This document shows positions 43,376 through 55,389 of a stretch of DNA of 56,803 bases, one piece after another (position 1 is the stretch's first letter; every line of letters starts with the position of its first letter). Below the pieces are notes generated by a model, which had not been told where the DNA came from, did not search any database, and saw only the letters and a program-made list of their open reading frames with translations. The translations under genes were made by a program, and so were the position numbers. Origin of the DNA: an uncultured Dehalococcoidia bacterium (GTDB lineage Bacteria > Chloroflexota > Dehalococcoidia > DSTF01 > RBG-16-68-14); contig CAYQLM010000002.1 in NCBI GenBank assembly GCA_964418365.1, positions 40,555-97,357 of the forward strand, written 5' to 3'.

Positions 43376-44404
43376 ATGTTGACTGATCGTCAGTCCCGCA
43401 TCCTCGAGCTGGTCGTCCGCGAGTACGTGGAGGCGGCCTCGCCCGTCGGCTCCCAGCTCCTCTGCCGCAAGTACCACTTCAACGCCTCGTCGGCCACCAT
43501 CCGCAACGAGATGGCCGACCTGGAGGACCTGGGGTATCTCACCCATCCCCACACCTCCTCCGGTCGCGTCCCGACCGAGCAGGGGTATCGCTACTACGTC
43601 AAGACGCTGATGCGCGAGGAGCAGCTCCCGTGGGAGGAGCAGCAGACCATCCGTCACCAGTTCCACCAGGTCGAGCGCGGGCAGGAGGCCTGGGTCCACC
43701 TGGCCGCCTCGGTGCTGGCGCAGGCGGCCGGCAACGCCGCCGTCGTGACCGCGCCTCGCACCGATGTCTGCCGCATGAAGCACCTGGAGCTGGTCAACCT
43801 GCACGAGCGCACGGCGCTTCTCGTGCTCGTCCTCGACCAGGGCCGTGTCGAGCAGCAGCTCCTGCTCATGGACGAGTCGAGCGACCAGGACGATCTGTCG
43901 CAGATGGCCGGCAAGCTGAACCGGCTCTTCGCCGGCTGCTCGCTCGTCGAGATCGCCGCGAAGGACGTCCAGCTCGGCGATGGGGAACGCGTGGTGATGG
44001 ACACGGTCGCCTCGATCATGCGCGCCGTCGATGAGGGCTTCGACGAAGCATCGCTCGACGGCATCCGGGAGGTGCTCCGCCAGCCCGAGTTCGCCGCCAG
44101 CGATCGCGCGCTCGGCCTGCTCGAGCTGCTGGACGAGCGCAACGTCGTGCGCGTGCTGCCGCTGCGCAGCCTGGCGCGCGATGGTGTCACGGTGATCATC
44201 GGTGCGGACAACCCGCGCCTCGCCGAAGCGGGCGAGACCATTCGCGCCTGCAGCATGATCGTCGGCACGTATGGCTCGCCGGGCGTCGCCTCGGGCGCGC
44301 TCGCCGTGCTGGGCCCGATGCGCATGCGCTACTCGCGCGCGATCCCGACCGTCCGCTACATGGCGGACGTGCTCAGCGAGCTGCTGAGCGGATATTCCGA
44401 ATAG
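43376..44404 (+). CDS. hrcA: Heat-inducible transcription repressor HrcA
   Basis: MLTDRQSRILELVVREYVEAASPVGSQ... Confidence 0.9.
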   Translation: MLTDRQSRILELVVREYVEAASPVGSQLLCRKYHFNASSATIRNEMADLEDLGYLTHPHTSSGRVPTEQGYRYYVKTLMREEQLPWEEQQTIRHQFHQVERGQEAWVHLAASVLAQAAGNAAVVTAPRTDVCRMKHLELVNLHERTALLVLVLDQGRVEQQLLLMDESSDQDDLSQMAGKLNRLFAGCSLVEIAAKDVQLGDGERVVMDTVASIMRAVDEGFDEASLDGIREVLRQPEFAASDRALGLLELLDERNVVRVLPLRSLARDGVTVIIGADNPRLAEAGETIRACSMIVGTYGSPGVASGALAVLGPMRMRYSRAIPTVRYMADVLSELLSGYSE

Positions 44405-44421
44405 ACGAAAGGTACGTTGGC

Positions 44422-45000
44422 GTGACCAGAGAGAACGAAGAAGAGACTTCGGGCGCCGGATCGGCCCCCGCCGCGGACGAGCCGCAGGACATCGAAGGGC
44501 TGCGCGCGCGCCTCGCCGAGGAGCGCGAGAAGGCCCAGAGCTACTACTCGAGCTGGCAGCGCACCGCGGCCGACTTCCAGAACCACAAGCGCCGCGTCGA
44601 CGAGGAGCGCTCCGAAGCCGCGCGCTTCGCGAACGCCGCGCTCGTCATCAACCTCCTGCCGCTTGTCGATGACCTGGAGCGCGCGTTGCACACCGTCGAT
44701 ACGCAGCTCGCCGGCCTGACGTGGATCGATGGCATCTGGCTCATCTATCGCAAGTTCCAGGCGATCCTCGAGAACTTCGGCGTGAAAGAGATCGAGGCCG
44801 CGGGACGCCCGTTCGATCCCAACGTGCATGAAGCGATCGGCGAAGCGCCCGGCGAAGAAGGCAAGGTCGTCTCCGTCGTGCAGAAGGGCTACATGCTCGG
44901 CGATCGCGTCGTCCGCCCCGCCATGGTCATCGTGGGGAAAGGCCAGACGAAGGAGCCAGGAACAGGGAACAAAGAACAAGAAGGAGAAGAAAGCGCGTAG
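44422..45000 (+). CDS. grpE: Nucleotide exchange factor GrpE
   Basis: ..RTAADFQNHKRRVDEE.., ..FDPNVHEAI.., ..GYMLGDRVVRPAMV.. Confidence 0.9.
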   Translation: MTRENEEETSGAGSAPAADEPQDIEGLRARLAEEREKAQSYYSSWQRTAADFQNHKRRVDEERSEAARFANAALVINLLPLVDDLERALHTVDTQLAGLTWIDGIWLIYRKFQAILENFGVKEIEAAGRPFDPNVHEAIGEAPGEEGKVVSVVQKGYMLGDRVVRPAMVIVGKGQTKEPGTGNKEQEGEESA

Positions 45001-45042
45001 GGGCGGGCCCGCGTGCCCGCCCTCGACGCCGCAGGCGTCGGC
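44997..45042. repeat. REP-like double hairpin GTAGGGGCGGGC..GCCCGCCC / CGACGCC-gcag-GCGTCG
   Basis: Near-identical copy at 45872-45917. Overlaps the grpE stop codon. Confidence 0.75.
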
Positions 45043-45050
45043 CGTGACCA

Positions 45051-45863
45051 ATGAAAACCAAACGAAGGAAGATCAACCTCGTAGGGACAGAGCGGCACCT
45101 GTCCGCCTCAGGCGGAGCTCTGTCCTCGGCGGGCGAACGAACCAGGATCAACAAGGACGAGTGGGGTATCGAAGCCGTCTTGCTGGACTTCGATCACACG
45201 CTGGCGCATCTCGGCTCGTTCATCCGCTGGGAGGACGCTCGGCGCGCGCTGCTGGCCGTGTATGGCGCCGGCGGCGTGCCCGAATCGTTCCTACAGGCGC
45301 ACGAGGGCGCGCTGAGTTTGTACCGCGACGTTGCGGCGTCCGCTGTGCTGCCGGAGCCAGAGCTGCGCGACGTGCAGCGTCGGGCCTCGCGCGTGCTGGA
45401 GGCGTTCGAGACGGAAGCCGTCGCGCGCACATTCGTGCTGCCTGCTGCGATCGAGCTTGTCCATCGGCTGCCGGAGCTCGGTCTGCGTGCCGGCATCGTC
45501 AGCTCGAACGCCGTCGATGTGGTCGCCGCGGTCCTCGAGCGCGACGGCATCGCGCCTGCGTTCGACGCCGTCCTCGGGCGGGGAGATGTGCTGCGGCTGA
45601 AGCCGTCGCCGGAGGGGCTGCTGCGCTGCTGCGACACGATGCGCGTCGCGCCCGAGCGCTGCGTCTACATCGGCGACAGCGTCAGCGACATCGAGGCGGC
45701 GCGGGCGGCGGGCATGGCCGGGTTCGGCGTGCGCGGAGGCATGGCCTCCGACGCGGAGCTGGCGGATGCGGCCGCGACGGCCGTGTTCGACGACGTCGGC
45801 GGGCTGCTGAGCGTGCTGGAAGGACAAGGCCGCGCCGTCGCAGGGCGCAAAGTAGGAGACTAG
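45051..45863 (+). CDS. HAD-superfamily phosphatase (phosphoglycolate phosphatase-like)
   Basis: LLDFDHTL (DxDxT), ..IVSSN.., ..YIGDSVSDIEAARAAG... The true start is uncertain. Confidence 0.7.
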   Translation: MKTKRRKINLVGTERHLSASGGALSSAGERTRINKDEWGIEAVLLDFDHTLAHLGSFIRWEDARRALLAVYGAGGVPESFLQAHEGALSLYRDVAASAVLPEPELRDVQRRASRVLEAFETEAVARTFVLPAAIELVHRLPELGLRAGIVSSNAVDVVAAVLERDGIAPAFDAVLGRGDVLRLKPSPEGLLRCCDTMRVAPERCVYIGDSVSDIEAARAAGMAGFGVRGGMASDAELADAAATAVFDDVGGLLSVLEGQGRAVAGRKVGD

Positions 45864-45871
45864 CGTGGCCT

Positions 45872-45917
45872 GTAGGGGCGGGCCCATGTGCCCGCCCTCG
45901 ACGCCACAGGCGTCGGG
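45872..45917. repeat. REP-like double hairpin (copy of 44997-45042)
   Basis: gtaggggcgggcccatgtgcccgccctcgacgccacaggcgtcggg. Confidence 0.75.
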
Positions 45918-45970
45918 CTAGATAACCGGAAACCGAAGGCCAGGCTACAGCCTGGCGGAGAGAGACAGTA

Positions 45971-46294
45971 ATGATCAACACAGACGAATGGCAAGAACGC
46001 CTCGCCTCGAGCGCGAACGAGCTCGCGCGGGCGCGCGTGCTGCGCCGGGCGCTCGAGCAGCACTACGAGCGCGTCGTGGCGGAGCGCGCCTCGGCCGAGG
46101 GCGCCGCAGCTGCCGAGATGCTCGTCTCCGGCGAAGCGGCCGAGGACATGCGCGCGCTGGAGGAGCTTCTCGACGAAATGCGCCGCGAGCATGACGCTGC
46201 CCTCTTCCGCCGCAACATCATCACCACCCTCCGCCTGCGCAAAGACGCGCCGGAGGAGAAGGAGCAGAACACCGTTAGTCAGGCAGATCCCTGA
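45971..46294 (+). CDS. Hypothetical small helical (coiled-coil-like) protein
   Basis: 107-aa ORF, Ala/Glu/Arg-rich. No family recognised. Confidence 0.4.
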   Translation: MINTDEWQERLASSANELARARVLRRALEQHYERVVAERASAEGAAAAEMLVSGEAAEDMRALEELLDEMRREHDAALFRRNIITTLRLRKDAPEEKEQNTVSQADP

Positions 46295-46315
46295 CGGGCG
46301 ACAAGGAGGTCTCAC

Positions 46316-46570
46316 GTGAATTACGAAATGGAGAATCAAAGGCTCGGTGATCAGTATCGCACCGCTGTCAAGCGATATGAGGAAAGCAGGGCGTTCTGGG
46401 CAGAAAATCCAATTGCGTACGCCGTTGGACCTGGATCTCGAACCCCGGTTACGACATGGGATGTGTTCGTGGAAGCCGACAAACGCGGAACGCCAGACGA
46501 AACCTGTCGAGAGGCGATGGCTGCGCTCGACGAGTGGCGAGCTTTTCGCGCGGCGCATGGAATGCCGTAG
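46316..46570 (+). CDS. Hypothetical small protein
   Basis: 84-aa ORF with a GTG start after GGAGG. Lower GC than flanks. Confidence 0.4.
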   Translation: MNYEMENQRLGDQYRTAVKRYEESRAFWAENPIAYAVGPGSRTPVTTWDVFVEADKRGTPDETCREAMAALDEWRAFRAAHGMP

Positions 46571-46642
46571 GGGCGACCTTTAGGTCGCCACTTGCGCTGC
46601 ACAAACAACAAACGCTTGTGGCGACCTGAAGGTCGCCCCTAC
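46567..46642. repeat. 25-bp inverted repeat pair of the GTAGGGGCGACC..GGTCGCCAC hairpin, separated by about 26 nt
   Basis: Left arm 46567-46591. Right arm 46618-46642 is its reverse complement with one mismatch. Confidence 0.8.
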
Positions 46643-46693
46643 AACAGGAAAGACACCGCGGGTCAGGCTTTAGCCTGACAAACGACAGGCTGA

Positions 46694-48574
<1,881 letters not shown>

Positions 48575-48578
<4 letters not shown>

Positions 48579-51028
48579 GGCCCCGCGACCGCGCAGGGAT
48601 CGCCGCTCGTGAGATAAGACGCCTCGAACGCGAGGTACTGGCCGTCGGCGGACCAGCCCAGCTCGCTGAGTGTCAATGAGCCGTCGTTCGTAGCGTCCGG
48701 CAGCGACGTCAACCTCGCAGCTGCATTCGCGAGCAGCGCCGGCGGTGCGCCGACATCTACGTCGGCGATGTAGAGCGACGTGCTGCCGGACGCTACGTCG
48801 CCGCTAACGAACGTCAGGCGGCGGCTGTCCGGAGCAAAGCGCGGAGCACTGGTCTGATCTCCCATCGATATAGTCTTCCGTAGCTCGCCGCTGGGCGTCA
48901 CCAGCTCAACGTAGTCGTCCACATCTCCTGTCCCGCCGCGCAGCAGTGCCAGCAGCTTGCCATCGGGCGACCAGGCACCGCCCGCGAGCTTGAACGTGGG
49001 GCCTAAGTCGAGCGGCGGTTCCGTGCCCGTCGCGTCAGCAACCAAGAAGTGGTTCGTGGTCATCGGCTTGACTAGCAGGAGCCTGCCGTTCGGCGACCAG
49101 GCGAGCGGCTCGCTCGCGCCGGTGATAGCGTGCCGCTCGAGCGGCAGGATCGAGGTGCGTTGGGTATAAGCGTCGTTCAGTACGTCGACGCCACTGGCGA
49201 GCCAGGCGCTGTACGGTGGCGCGCTGGGTGTTGCCATGTAGCCGAACGCGATTCGTTCGTCCACAGGCGACCAGAGGGGAACGGCATAGCTGTCGGGCAG
49301 CTGAAATCGCGTAGCACTTGCCCGCCCGAAGATGACTGGGCCGCTATCCGACTCGAAGGCATAACGCGCACCGTCATGCGACCAGGCTATGAATGATGCC
49401 CGAGGTATCACTTGGCCGACCTCTCCATCCGCGCCGACGATTTGCAAGTCATGCTCTTCAAGCAGTCCTCTGGGCGGGCCGCTGCCGTTGTATTCCGTGA
49501 TGGCGAGATCATTTCCGTCCGGCGACCAAGAGATCGAATTTGCCGGATGCGTCAGGGCGGCGACGGCCGTGCCGTTGACGTCGGCGCCATCGCTGAGTTC
49601 AAGTTGGCGCTCGCTCCCGCACGACGGCGAATGCGCGAAGCCATTCCCTTCCGGCGTCCAGGCGAACGCGCCGATGTCAGCAACCCTGCGCAGGCCTGAC
49701 CCGTCCGGGCGCATGACGTAGATGCCGGGTTGGTCGATCTTCGCACCGGCGTCGTCGGTCTCGACGGCGGGACCTACCCACGAGATCTCTGGCAGCCGGT
49801 AGCTACACGCCGCCGAGCTGTCGGGAACGCACGCCGGCTGCTCGCCGAAGAAGCGATCGCGGCCGCCCAGCGGCGCCAGGTCGAGGATCTGCTCGTCCGC
49901 GCTGCCTCCGATCTCCGCGACGCGCAGCGCGTCGCCCGCGAAGTACGCGAACGCCGCGCCGCCCGGCGCGAGCGCCGCGGCCACGCCTGTCGCTACCGTC
50001 TTGCGCCCGGTGTCCGGCGATCCAAGCGTGATCGGCCCTTCGGCCGTAATGGGCCCGACGAGCCACTCTTCTTGGTCCAGCGGAAGCGCCGGTATCGCCG
50101 CTAGACTGAACTCCTGCGACGCGGCGAAGAAGGTGATCGCTGATTCTTCCTCGCCCATCGTATTGAAGACGAGGATCTTTCCCGGTGCGACGACGGAGAC
50201 GCGATCGTTATCCAACCAGACCGGCTGCTCCCAGACGCCGCCGCTCCGCGACAGTTCTCTTCGATCCGAGCCGCCAGCATTCATGATCCAGAGGTCCTGC
50301 ACGCCGGACCCGCCGATCCGTCCCAGCACGTACGCGATATGCTTGCCGTCCGGCGACCACGCGATGCTCTGTGCTCCCGTCGAGAAGTTACTGGCGGCGT
50401 TGTCCGGTGGCGTCTGCAGATCGCGCACCGAGGCCAGTTCCCGCACGTCGCTGCCGTCGCTGTTCGCGATCCAGATGTTGTAGTCGCGCGTGTAGGCGAT
50501 GCGCGAGCCGTCCGGCGCCAACGCGGGCGCTGCGTTCCACGTCGACGCTCGGTCGCCGGGGATCACCTGCCGCACCTCGCTTCCGTCGGGCCGCACGGTG
50601 TAGATGCTGCCGCCGGCGGAGAACGCGATCAGCGGCTGCGAGATCGACACGGCTTGATCCCTGCCTCGCATGAGCATCACCGACAGCAGGGCGACGCCTG
50701 CCAGCGCGGCCGCCAATACGCCTGCGCCGGCCGCCAGGCCGATTGCATTCAGCCCTCGGCCGCCCACTCGCGACGTCAGGGCCAGCGGGACGCTCGCGGC
50801 AAGCCACCACGAACGGCGCTCCTCGGGCTGCCAGGCTGCGGCTTCCGCGCGGCTGCTGACGCCGAGCTTGCTCAGGATCTCGGAGACGTGGAACTTCGCC
50901 GTGCGCTCCGTGATGCCCAGTCGCGAGGCGATCTGCTCGTTCGTTGCGCGTTCGCGCAGCAGCGCCAGCACGTCCCACTCGCGTGGCGTGAGGATATCGG
51001 GGTGGCGCGGCCGGCCTCGTCTCGCCAT
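48575..51028 (-). CDS. LuxR-type HTH - TM helix - TolB/PD40-like beta-propeller protein
   Basis: [69 protein letters not shown]. Repeated ..SPDG..IAY/..WSPDG..LA.. motifs. Confidence 0.8.
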
Positions 51029-51096
51029 CGAGGCAACTCTACCGCCGTTCGGGTCGAATTACACTGATCTCGCGCCGGGCCTGGTAGAATGGACGC

Positions 51097-51324
51097 ATGG
51101 ACTGGCGTGACCGCATAGCTATCGACCCTAAGATCATGGGTGGAAAGCCTGTGATCAAGGGCACGCGCGTCCCGCTTCAAACGATCATCGCGTTCCTTGC
51201 CGGTGGAGAAGATGTCGCAACCGTCTGCGACGAGTTCGACATCACTGGGGAGGACGTGAGGGCCGCACTCGCGTATGCGGCCAGTGTGCTTGAAGACGAG
51301 CGCGTATATGCGCTTCCTGCTTGA
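51097..51324 (+). CDS. DUF433-family small protein (antitoxin-like)
   Basis: IAIDPKIMGGKPVIKGTRVPLQTIIAFLAGG. Confidence 0.75.
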   Translation: MDWRDRIAIDPKIMGGKPVIKGTRVPLQTIIAFLAGGEDVATVCDEFDITGEDVRAALAYAASVLEDERVYALPA

Positions 51325-51652
51325 CGAGAACATTCCAAAGCGCCTGGCTGTGGCCCTCCGGTCGGAGGGCCACGATGTTGTGCGCGTCCAGGATCTTGCG
51401 CTCCACGGCGCGAGCGACGAAGTGATCTGGTCACGCGCTCACCAGACGGCGTCAATATTCATAACCGCCGATCGAGACTTCCCTCTGCCAGCACCCAAGC
51501 CGCCTGCAATGTTGCTCGTCCGGGGTTTCGATCGCGTCACAATACCGATGTTTGTTGATTTGGTCATAGGTGCGATCGAGACCCTAGGCGAAGATGTCTA
51601 CGGGTTGCTCGTTGTCGTGAGCCCTGGTCGGGTTCGACGCAGGAACCTCTAA
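51308..51652 (+). CDS. DUF5615 / PIN-like (Mut7-C-like) protein, toxin-like partner of DUF433
   Basis: MRFLLDENIPKRLAVALRSEGHDVV...FITADRDF. Overlaps the DUF433 gene by 17 nt. Confidence 0.7.
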   Translation: MRFLLDENIPKRLAVALRSEGHDVVRVQDLALHGASDEVIWSRAHQTASIFITADRDFPLPAPKPPAMLLVRGFDRVTIPMFVDLVIGAIETLGEDVYGLLVVVSPGRVRRRNL

Positions 51653-53334
51653 TTGCTAGCCGTCGCCCGCAGGTCCACCACGCGCAGCTCCAGCCCGTCC
51701 GAGATGCGACGGTCCGCCGACAGGCTGTACACCAGATCGATGCGCGCGCCTGCCTCGATGCCGTCGCCGTCCTGGCGGAACGCGATCGCCGGCCAGGCGA
51801 CAGCGCCGTCGCGCAGCTTCAGCCGCAGGTGCTTTCCGTCCGCGCCGACCTGCTGTCGCTCCACCACCAGGACGTTGCGGCTCAGGAACGCCGGCTCCGG
51901 GTTGCCGATGCCGTGCGGCGCCATCTGCGCCAGCCAGCGGATCTCGTCGCCGCGCAGCGACGCTAAGGGCAGCTCAGCGTCGATCGCGGTCGACGGCTGC
52001 AGGTCTTCGCCCGCGAGCTGCTCCGCTGCGAGCGCGAGCAGCCGCTCCTTGATCGCGGGAAGCTTGTCGTTCTCCGCCGTGAAGCCCGCCGCCGCTCGAT
52101 GCCCACCGAAGCGCACGAAGAGCTCGCCGCACTCGCGCAGCGCCTGCGTGATGTCGAACGCCGGTATGCTGCGACAGCTCGCGCGGCTCTCCCCCTCGTA
52201 CTGCTGGTAGACGACGGCCGGCCGGCAGCGCGACTCGACCAATCGAGATGCCACTAAGCCCACGATACCCGCCGGCAGATCGGCGTGGCCGATCATCAGC
52301 AGCGGTGCGTCGCCCTCGCACTCCGCCAGCTCGTCCGCGAGAGCGCACGCGGCCACCGTCGCTTCCTGCCGCTGCCTGTTCAGCGCATCCAGCTCCCGCG
52401 CCAGCTCCCGCGCTCGATCCTCATCGGTCGCCGTCAGCAGATCGAACGCGAGGCGCGCGTGCGCCAGCCGCCCGGCCGCGTTCAGCCGCGGCCCCAGCGC
52501 GAAGCCGATCGTCTCGCAGTCGACGCGCGCCGGCTCAGCGCCCGCGATCTCGATCAGCGCGCGTAGCCCCGGGCGCTCCGTGCGCGCGATCGCCCGCAGG
52601 CCGTCGCGCACTAGGCGGCGGTTCTCGCCCGTGAGCGGCGCCATGTCGCACACCGTCCCCAGCGCGACCAGCTCAAGTATGCGAGCGACGTCCGCCGGCC
52701 GGCCCAGCGCATCGTGCAGCGCGCGCAGCACATAGCCCGAGACGCCGCACGCCGCCGGCTCGTCGGCGATCGCATCGTCGCGCTTCGGGTTCACAATCAG
52801 CGCGCCCAGCGGCAGCCGCTCCGGTACCTTGTGGTGATCGAGCACGATGACGTCCATATCGAGCCGCCGCGCGTGCGAGATCTCCTCGACACTGCTCGTG
52901 CCGCAGTCGGCGCTCACCAGCAACGTCGCGCCGAGCGCGCGCAGCGAATCGATCGCGTCTGTGTTGAGCCCGTAGCCCTCGTCGACGCGATGCGGCAGGT
53001 AGGGGATCGGCCGCGCGCCGAGCGACGCCAGGCCCTCGGTCAGCAGCACCGCCGACGTGATGCCGTCGACATCGAAGTCGCCGAAGACGGCGACCGTTTC
53101 GCCGCTGCGGCACGCGCGCGCCAGCCGATCAACGGCGGGCCCGAGATCGGGCAGCGCAGGGGTCGAGGGCGGCGTCTCGCCGTCGAAGAATGCGCGGGCG
53201 TCGGCGTCCGTGCGCACGCCGCGATGCGCCAGCAGCGTCCCGATGAGCGCCGGCCACGCGCCGACAGGCACCGTCTCCGGCGCCTCGCGCACCACCCAGC
53301 GCTTGTGTGCTGAGATCCGGGTGTCGACAGTCAT
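51649..53334 (-). CDS. recJ: Single-stranded-DNA-specific exonuclease RecJ
   Basis: VFGDFDVDGITS (DHH), ..DHH.., GGHRAAAGF (DHHA1). Confidence 0.9.
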   Translation of the reverse strand: MTVDTRISAHKRWVVREAPETVPVGAWPALIGTLLAHRGVRTDADARAFFDGETPPSTPALPDLGPAVDRLARACRSGETVAVFGDFDVDGITSAVLLTEGLASLGARPIPYLPHRVDEGYGLNTDAIDSLRALGATLLVSADCGTSSVEEISHARRLDMDVIVLDHHKVPERLPLGALIVNPKRDDAIADEPAACGVSGYVLRALHDALGRPADVARILELVALGTVCDMAPLTGENRRLVRDGLRAIARTERPGLRALIEIAGAEPARVDCETIGFALGPRLNAAGRLAHARLAFDLLTATDEDRARELARELDALNRQRQEATVAACALADELAECEGDAPLLMIGHADLPAGIVGLVASRLVESRCRPAVVYQQYEGESRASCRSIPAFDITQALRECGELFVRFGGHRAAAGFTAENDKLPAIKERLLALAAEQLAGEDLQPSTAIDAELPLASLRGDEIRWLAQMAPHGIGNPEPAFLSRNVLVVERQQVGADGKHLRLKLRDGAVAWPAIAFRQDGDGIEAGARIDLVYSLSADRRISDGLELRVVDLRATASN

Positions 53335-53497
53335 TCTGCGCGCTCCTTCGCCGCAAAGCTTCCCCTCTCCCTCGTCGAGGCAGAGGGGTTAGGGAGATTA
53401 GCTATCACGCGGCTAGACTAGCACACATGTACGACCACGTAAAGCCCGGTCCAGCTTCGAGCCTCGAACTTCTAGCTATGGCCACCCGGGGCCGCGA

Positions 53498-53977
53498 TTA
53501 TCCTAAGGGTGAGCCGCCGGCGCCATAGACGTGCGCGATGCCGTGGACAACAAGTACGGTGTCCATGATATCGAGGACGGGCGCATCCAGGTTCCCGAAG
53601 CGCGCCTGTCGCTGTAGTGTCTCCTGCGGGGCGTCCTGGACGAACTTGATGACGCCGTCAAACGCCGACTGGAATGCCTTCATCAGTTCGTCATTGCTCA
53701 GTGTGTCCTTGGCGGCGACCTGCTGGGCGTTAAAGGCGTCAATGTCGAAGCCGTCCGTGGCGTTCGTGCCGGGCGGCTGGTTCGCCAGCCCGCCGATGAA
53801 GGCGGGCGTGATCTCGGCGGCCGAGGTGAGGTGGCCATAGGCCTGCTTTCTGGTCCAGGTGCCGCCTTCGTCGAGGACCTTCTTCTGCCAGTCGTCCGGC
53901 GCGAAGCCGGACATGACGCGCATGCCGTGGCGTCGCACAGCCTGCAGCCCGCTCACCAGCTCATCTCGTGTCGTCAT
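53498..53977 (-). CDS. DinB-superfamily-like helical protein
   Basis: 159 aa with His-containing helices (..AYGHLTS.., ..VVHGIAHV..). The assignment is tentative. Confidence 0.45.
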   Translation of the reverse strand: MTTRDELVSGLQAVRRHGMRVMSGFAPDDWQKKVLDEGGTWTRKQAYGHLTSAAEITPAFIGGLANQPPGTNATDGFDIDAFNAQQVAAKDTLSNDELMKAFQSAFDGVIKFVQDAPQETLQRQARFGNLDAPVLDIMDTVLVVHGIAHVYGAGGSPLG

Positions 53978-54002
53978 GGCCTCTCCTCCTTTTTGGCTTG
54001 TG

Positions 54003-54075
54003 CTCCCTCACCCACCCTCGCAGCGCTCAGGTTTCCCTCTCCATCGGCGAGGGAGAGGGGCTAGGGGTGAGGGAG
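54003..54075. repeat. REP-like nested hairpins (CTCCCTCACCC...CCCTCTCC-N-GGAGAGGGG..GGGGTGAGGGAG)
   Basis: Same family as 20312, 21038 and 53362. Confidence 0.7.
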
Positions 54076-54096
54076 GTCGTCTTTGGCAGATGTAGT

Positions 54097-55377
54097 CTAC
54101 TCTTCGACGCGCCGGAAGGCCACCGTCGCGTTGTGCCCGCCCAGCCCGACCGAGCTCGAGAGGGCTGCCCGCACGTTGGCCTGCCGCGCCACATTCGGCA
54201 CGTAGTCCAGGTCGCAGTCTGGGTCCGGCACCTCGTAGTTGATCGTCGGATGGATCACGCCTTCGTGGATCGTCTTCACCGCGACGAGCGCCTCCAGCGC
54301 GCCCGCGCCTCCCATCAGGTGGCCCACCATCGACTTCGTGGAGCTAATCGCGATGCGCTTCGAGCGATCGCCGAAGACCTGCTTGATCGCCAGCGTCTCC
54401 ACCTTGTCGTTCAGCGGCGTGCCGGTGCCGTGCGGGTTGATGTAGTCGATCTCGTCTAGCGCGATACCCGCCTTGCGCAGCGCCATCCGCATCGCGTTGA
54501 TCGGCCCGCGGCCCGTCTCGTGCAACGCCTCCATATCGTACGCATCGTTGCTCGAACCGTAGCCGACGACCTCCGCGTAGCAGCGCGCGCCACGCTCCTT
54601 CGCGTGCGACAGGCTCTCCAGCACGAGCGCCGCCGCGCCTTCGCCGACGACGAAGCCGTTGCGCCGCGCGTCGAACGGCTTGCAGGCTTTCGCTGGGTCC
54701 GGGTCGCTCGCGAGCCCGCGCAGCGCCTGGAAGCCCGCGAGGTGTACCGGCAGGATCGGCTCGTCCGTGCCGCCGCAGATGATCGCGCGCGCGTCGCCGC
54801 GGCGGATCGTCTCCATCGCCTCGCCCACCGCCGTCGTGCCCGTCGCGCAGGCGGAGGCCGGGCAGAAGTTCGGCCCCTGCGCGCCCAGCGCGATCGCGAT
54901 GTGGCCCGACGACGCGTCGGGCAGCATGTGGGAGATGAGGAACGGGCTGATCCGGCGTACGCCGCGCTCGCGCAGCAGGCCGTGCTGCTCCAGGATGAGC
55001 GCGTACCCGCCGCCCGCCGACCCGAAGATCACGCCGACATCGCTCGCGTTCGACTCATCGATCGCCAGCCCGGCGTCCGCAACGGCCTGCTGCGCCGTCA
55101 CGACGGCGTACTGCGCCGGGAGCGTCATCCGGCGCAGGTCCTTGCTCGGGATCAGCTCTTCTGGGTGGAAGTCATGCACTTCGCCGACGGCGTTCGCCTC
55201 GAACCACGGCGCCTCGAACTTCGTCAGCGGCCCGATGCCCGACCGGCCGTCCACCATCGCCGACCAGGCCGTCGCAACGTCGTTTCCTACCGGGCAGACG
55301 ATACCCAGGCCGGTAACAACCACGCGTTGTTCGTCGGGCAGTTCGAAAAAAGGCAGGTAGGTAGGCGCCCCAGCCAT
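54097..55377 (-). CDS. fabF: 3-oxoacyl-ACP synthase II
   Basis: SACATGT (Cys), NPHGTGTPLND (His), KSMVGHLMGGAG (His). Confidence 0.95.
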   Translation of the reverse strand: MAGAPTYLPFFELPDEQRVVVTGLGIVCPVGNDVATAWSAMVDGRSGIGPLTKFEAPWFEANAVGEVHDFHPEELIPSKDLRRMTLPAQYAVVTAQQAVADAGLAIDESNASDVGVIFGSAGGGYALILEQHGLLRERGVRRISPFLISHMLPDASSGHIAIALGAQGPNFCPASACATGTTAVGEAMETIRRGDARAIICGGTDEPILPVHLAGFQALRGLASDPDPAKACKPFDARRNGFVVGEGAAALVLESLSHAKERGARCYAEVVGYGSSNDAYDMEALHETGRGPINAMRMALRKAGIALDEIDYINPHGTGTPLNDKVETLAIKQVFGDRSKRIAISSTKSMVGHLMGGAGALEALVAVKTIHEGVIHPTINYEVPDPDCDLDYVPNVARQANVRAALSSSVGLGGHNATVAFRRVEE

Positions 55378-55389
55378 CGATGCCTGGTG

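Noticed and set aside
44828-45925. 365-aa Arg-rich ORF spanning the grpE end and the HAD gene
   Set aside because: It is an alternate frame of two real genes, with extreme Arg/Ala content.
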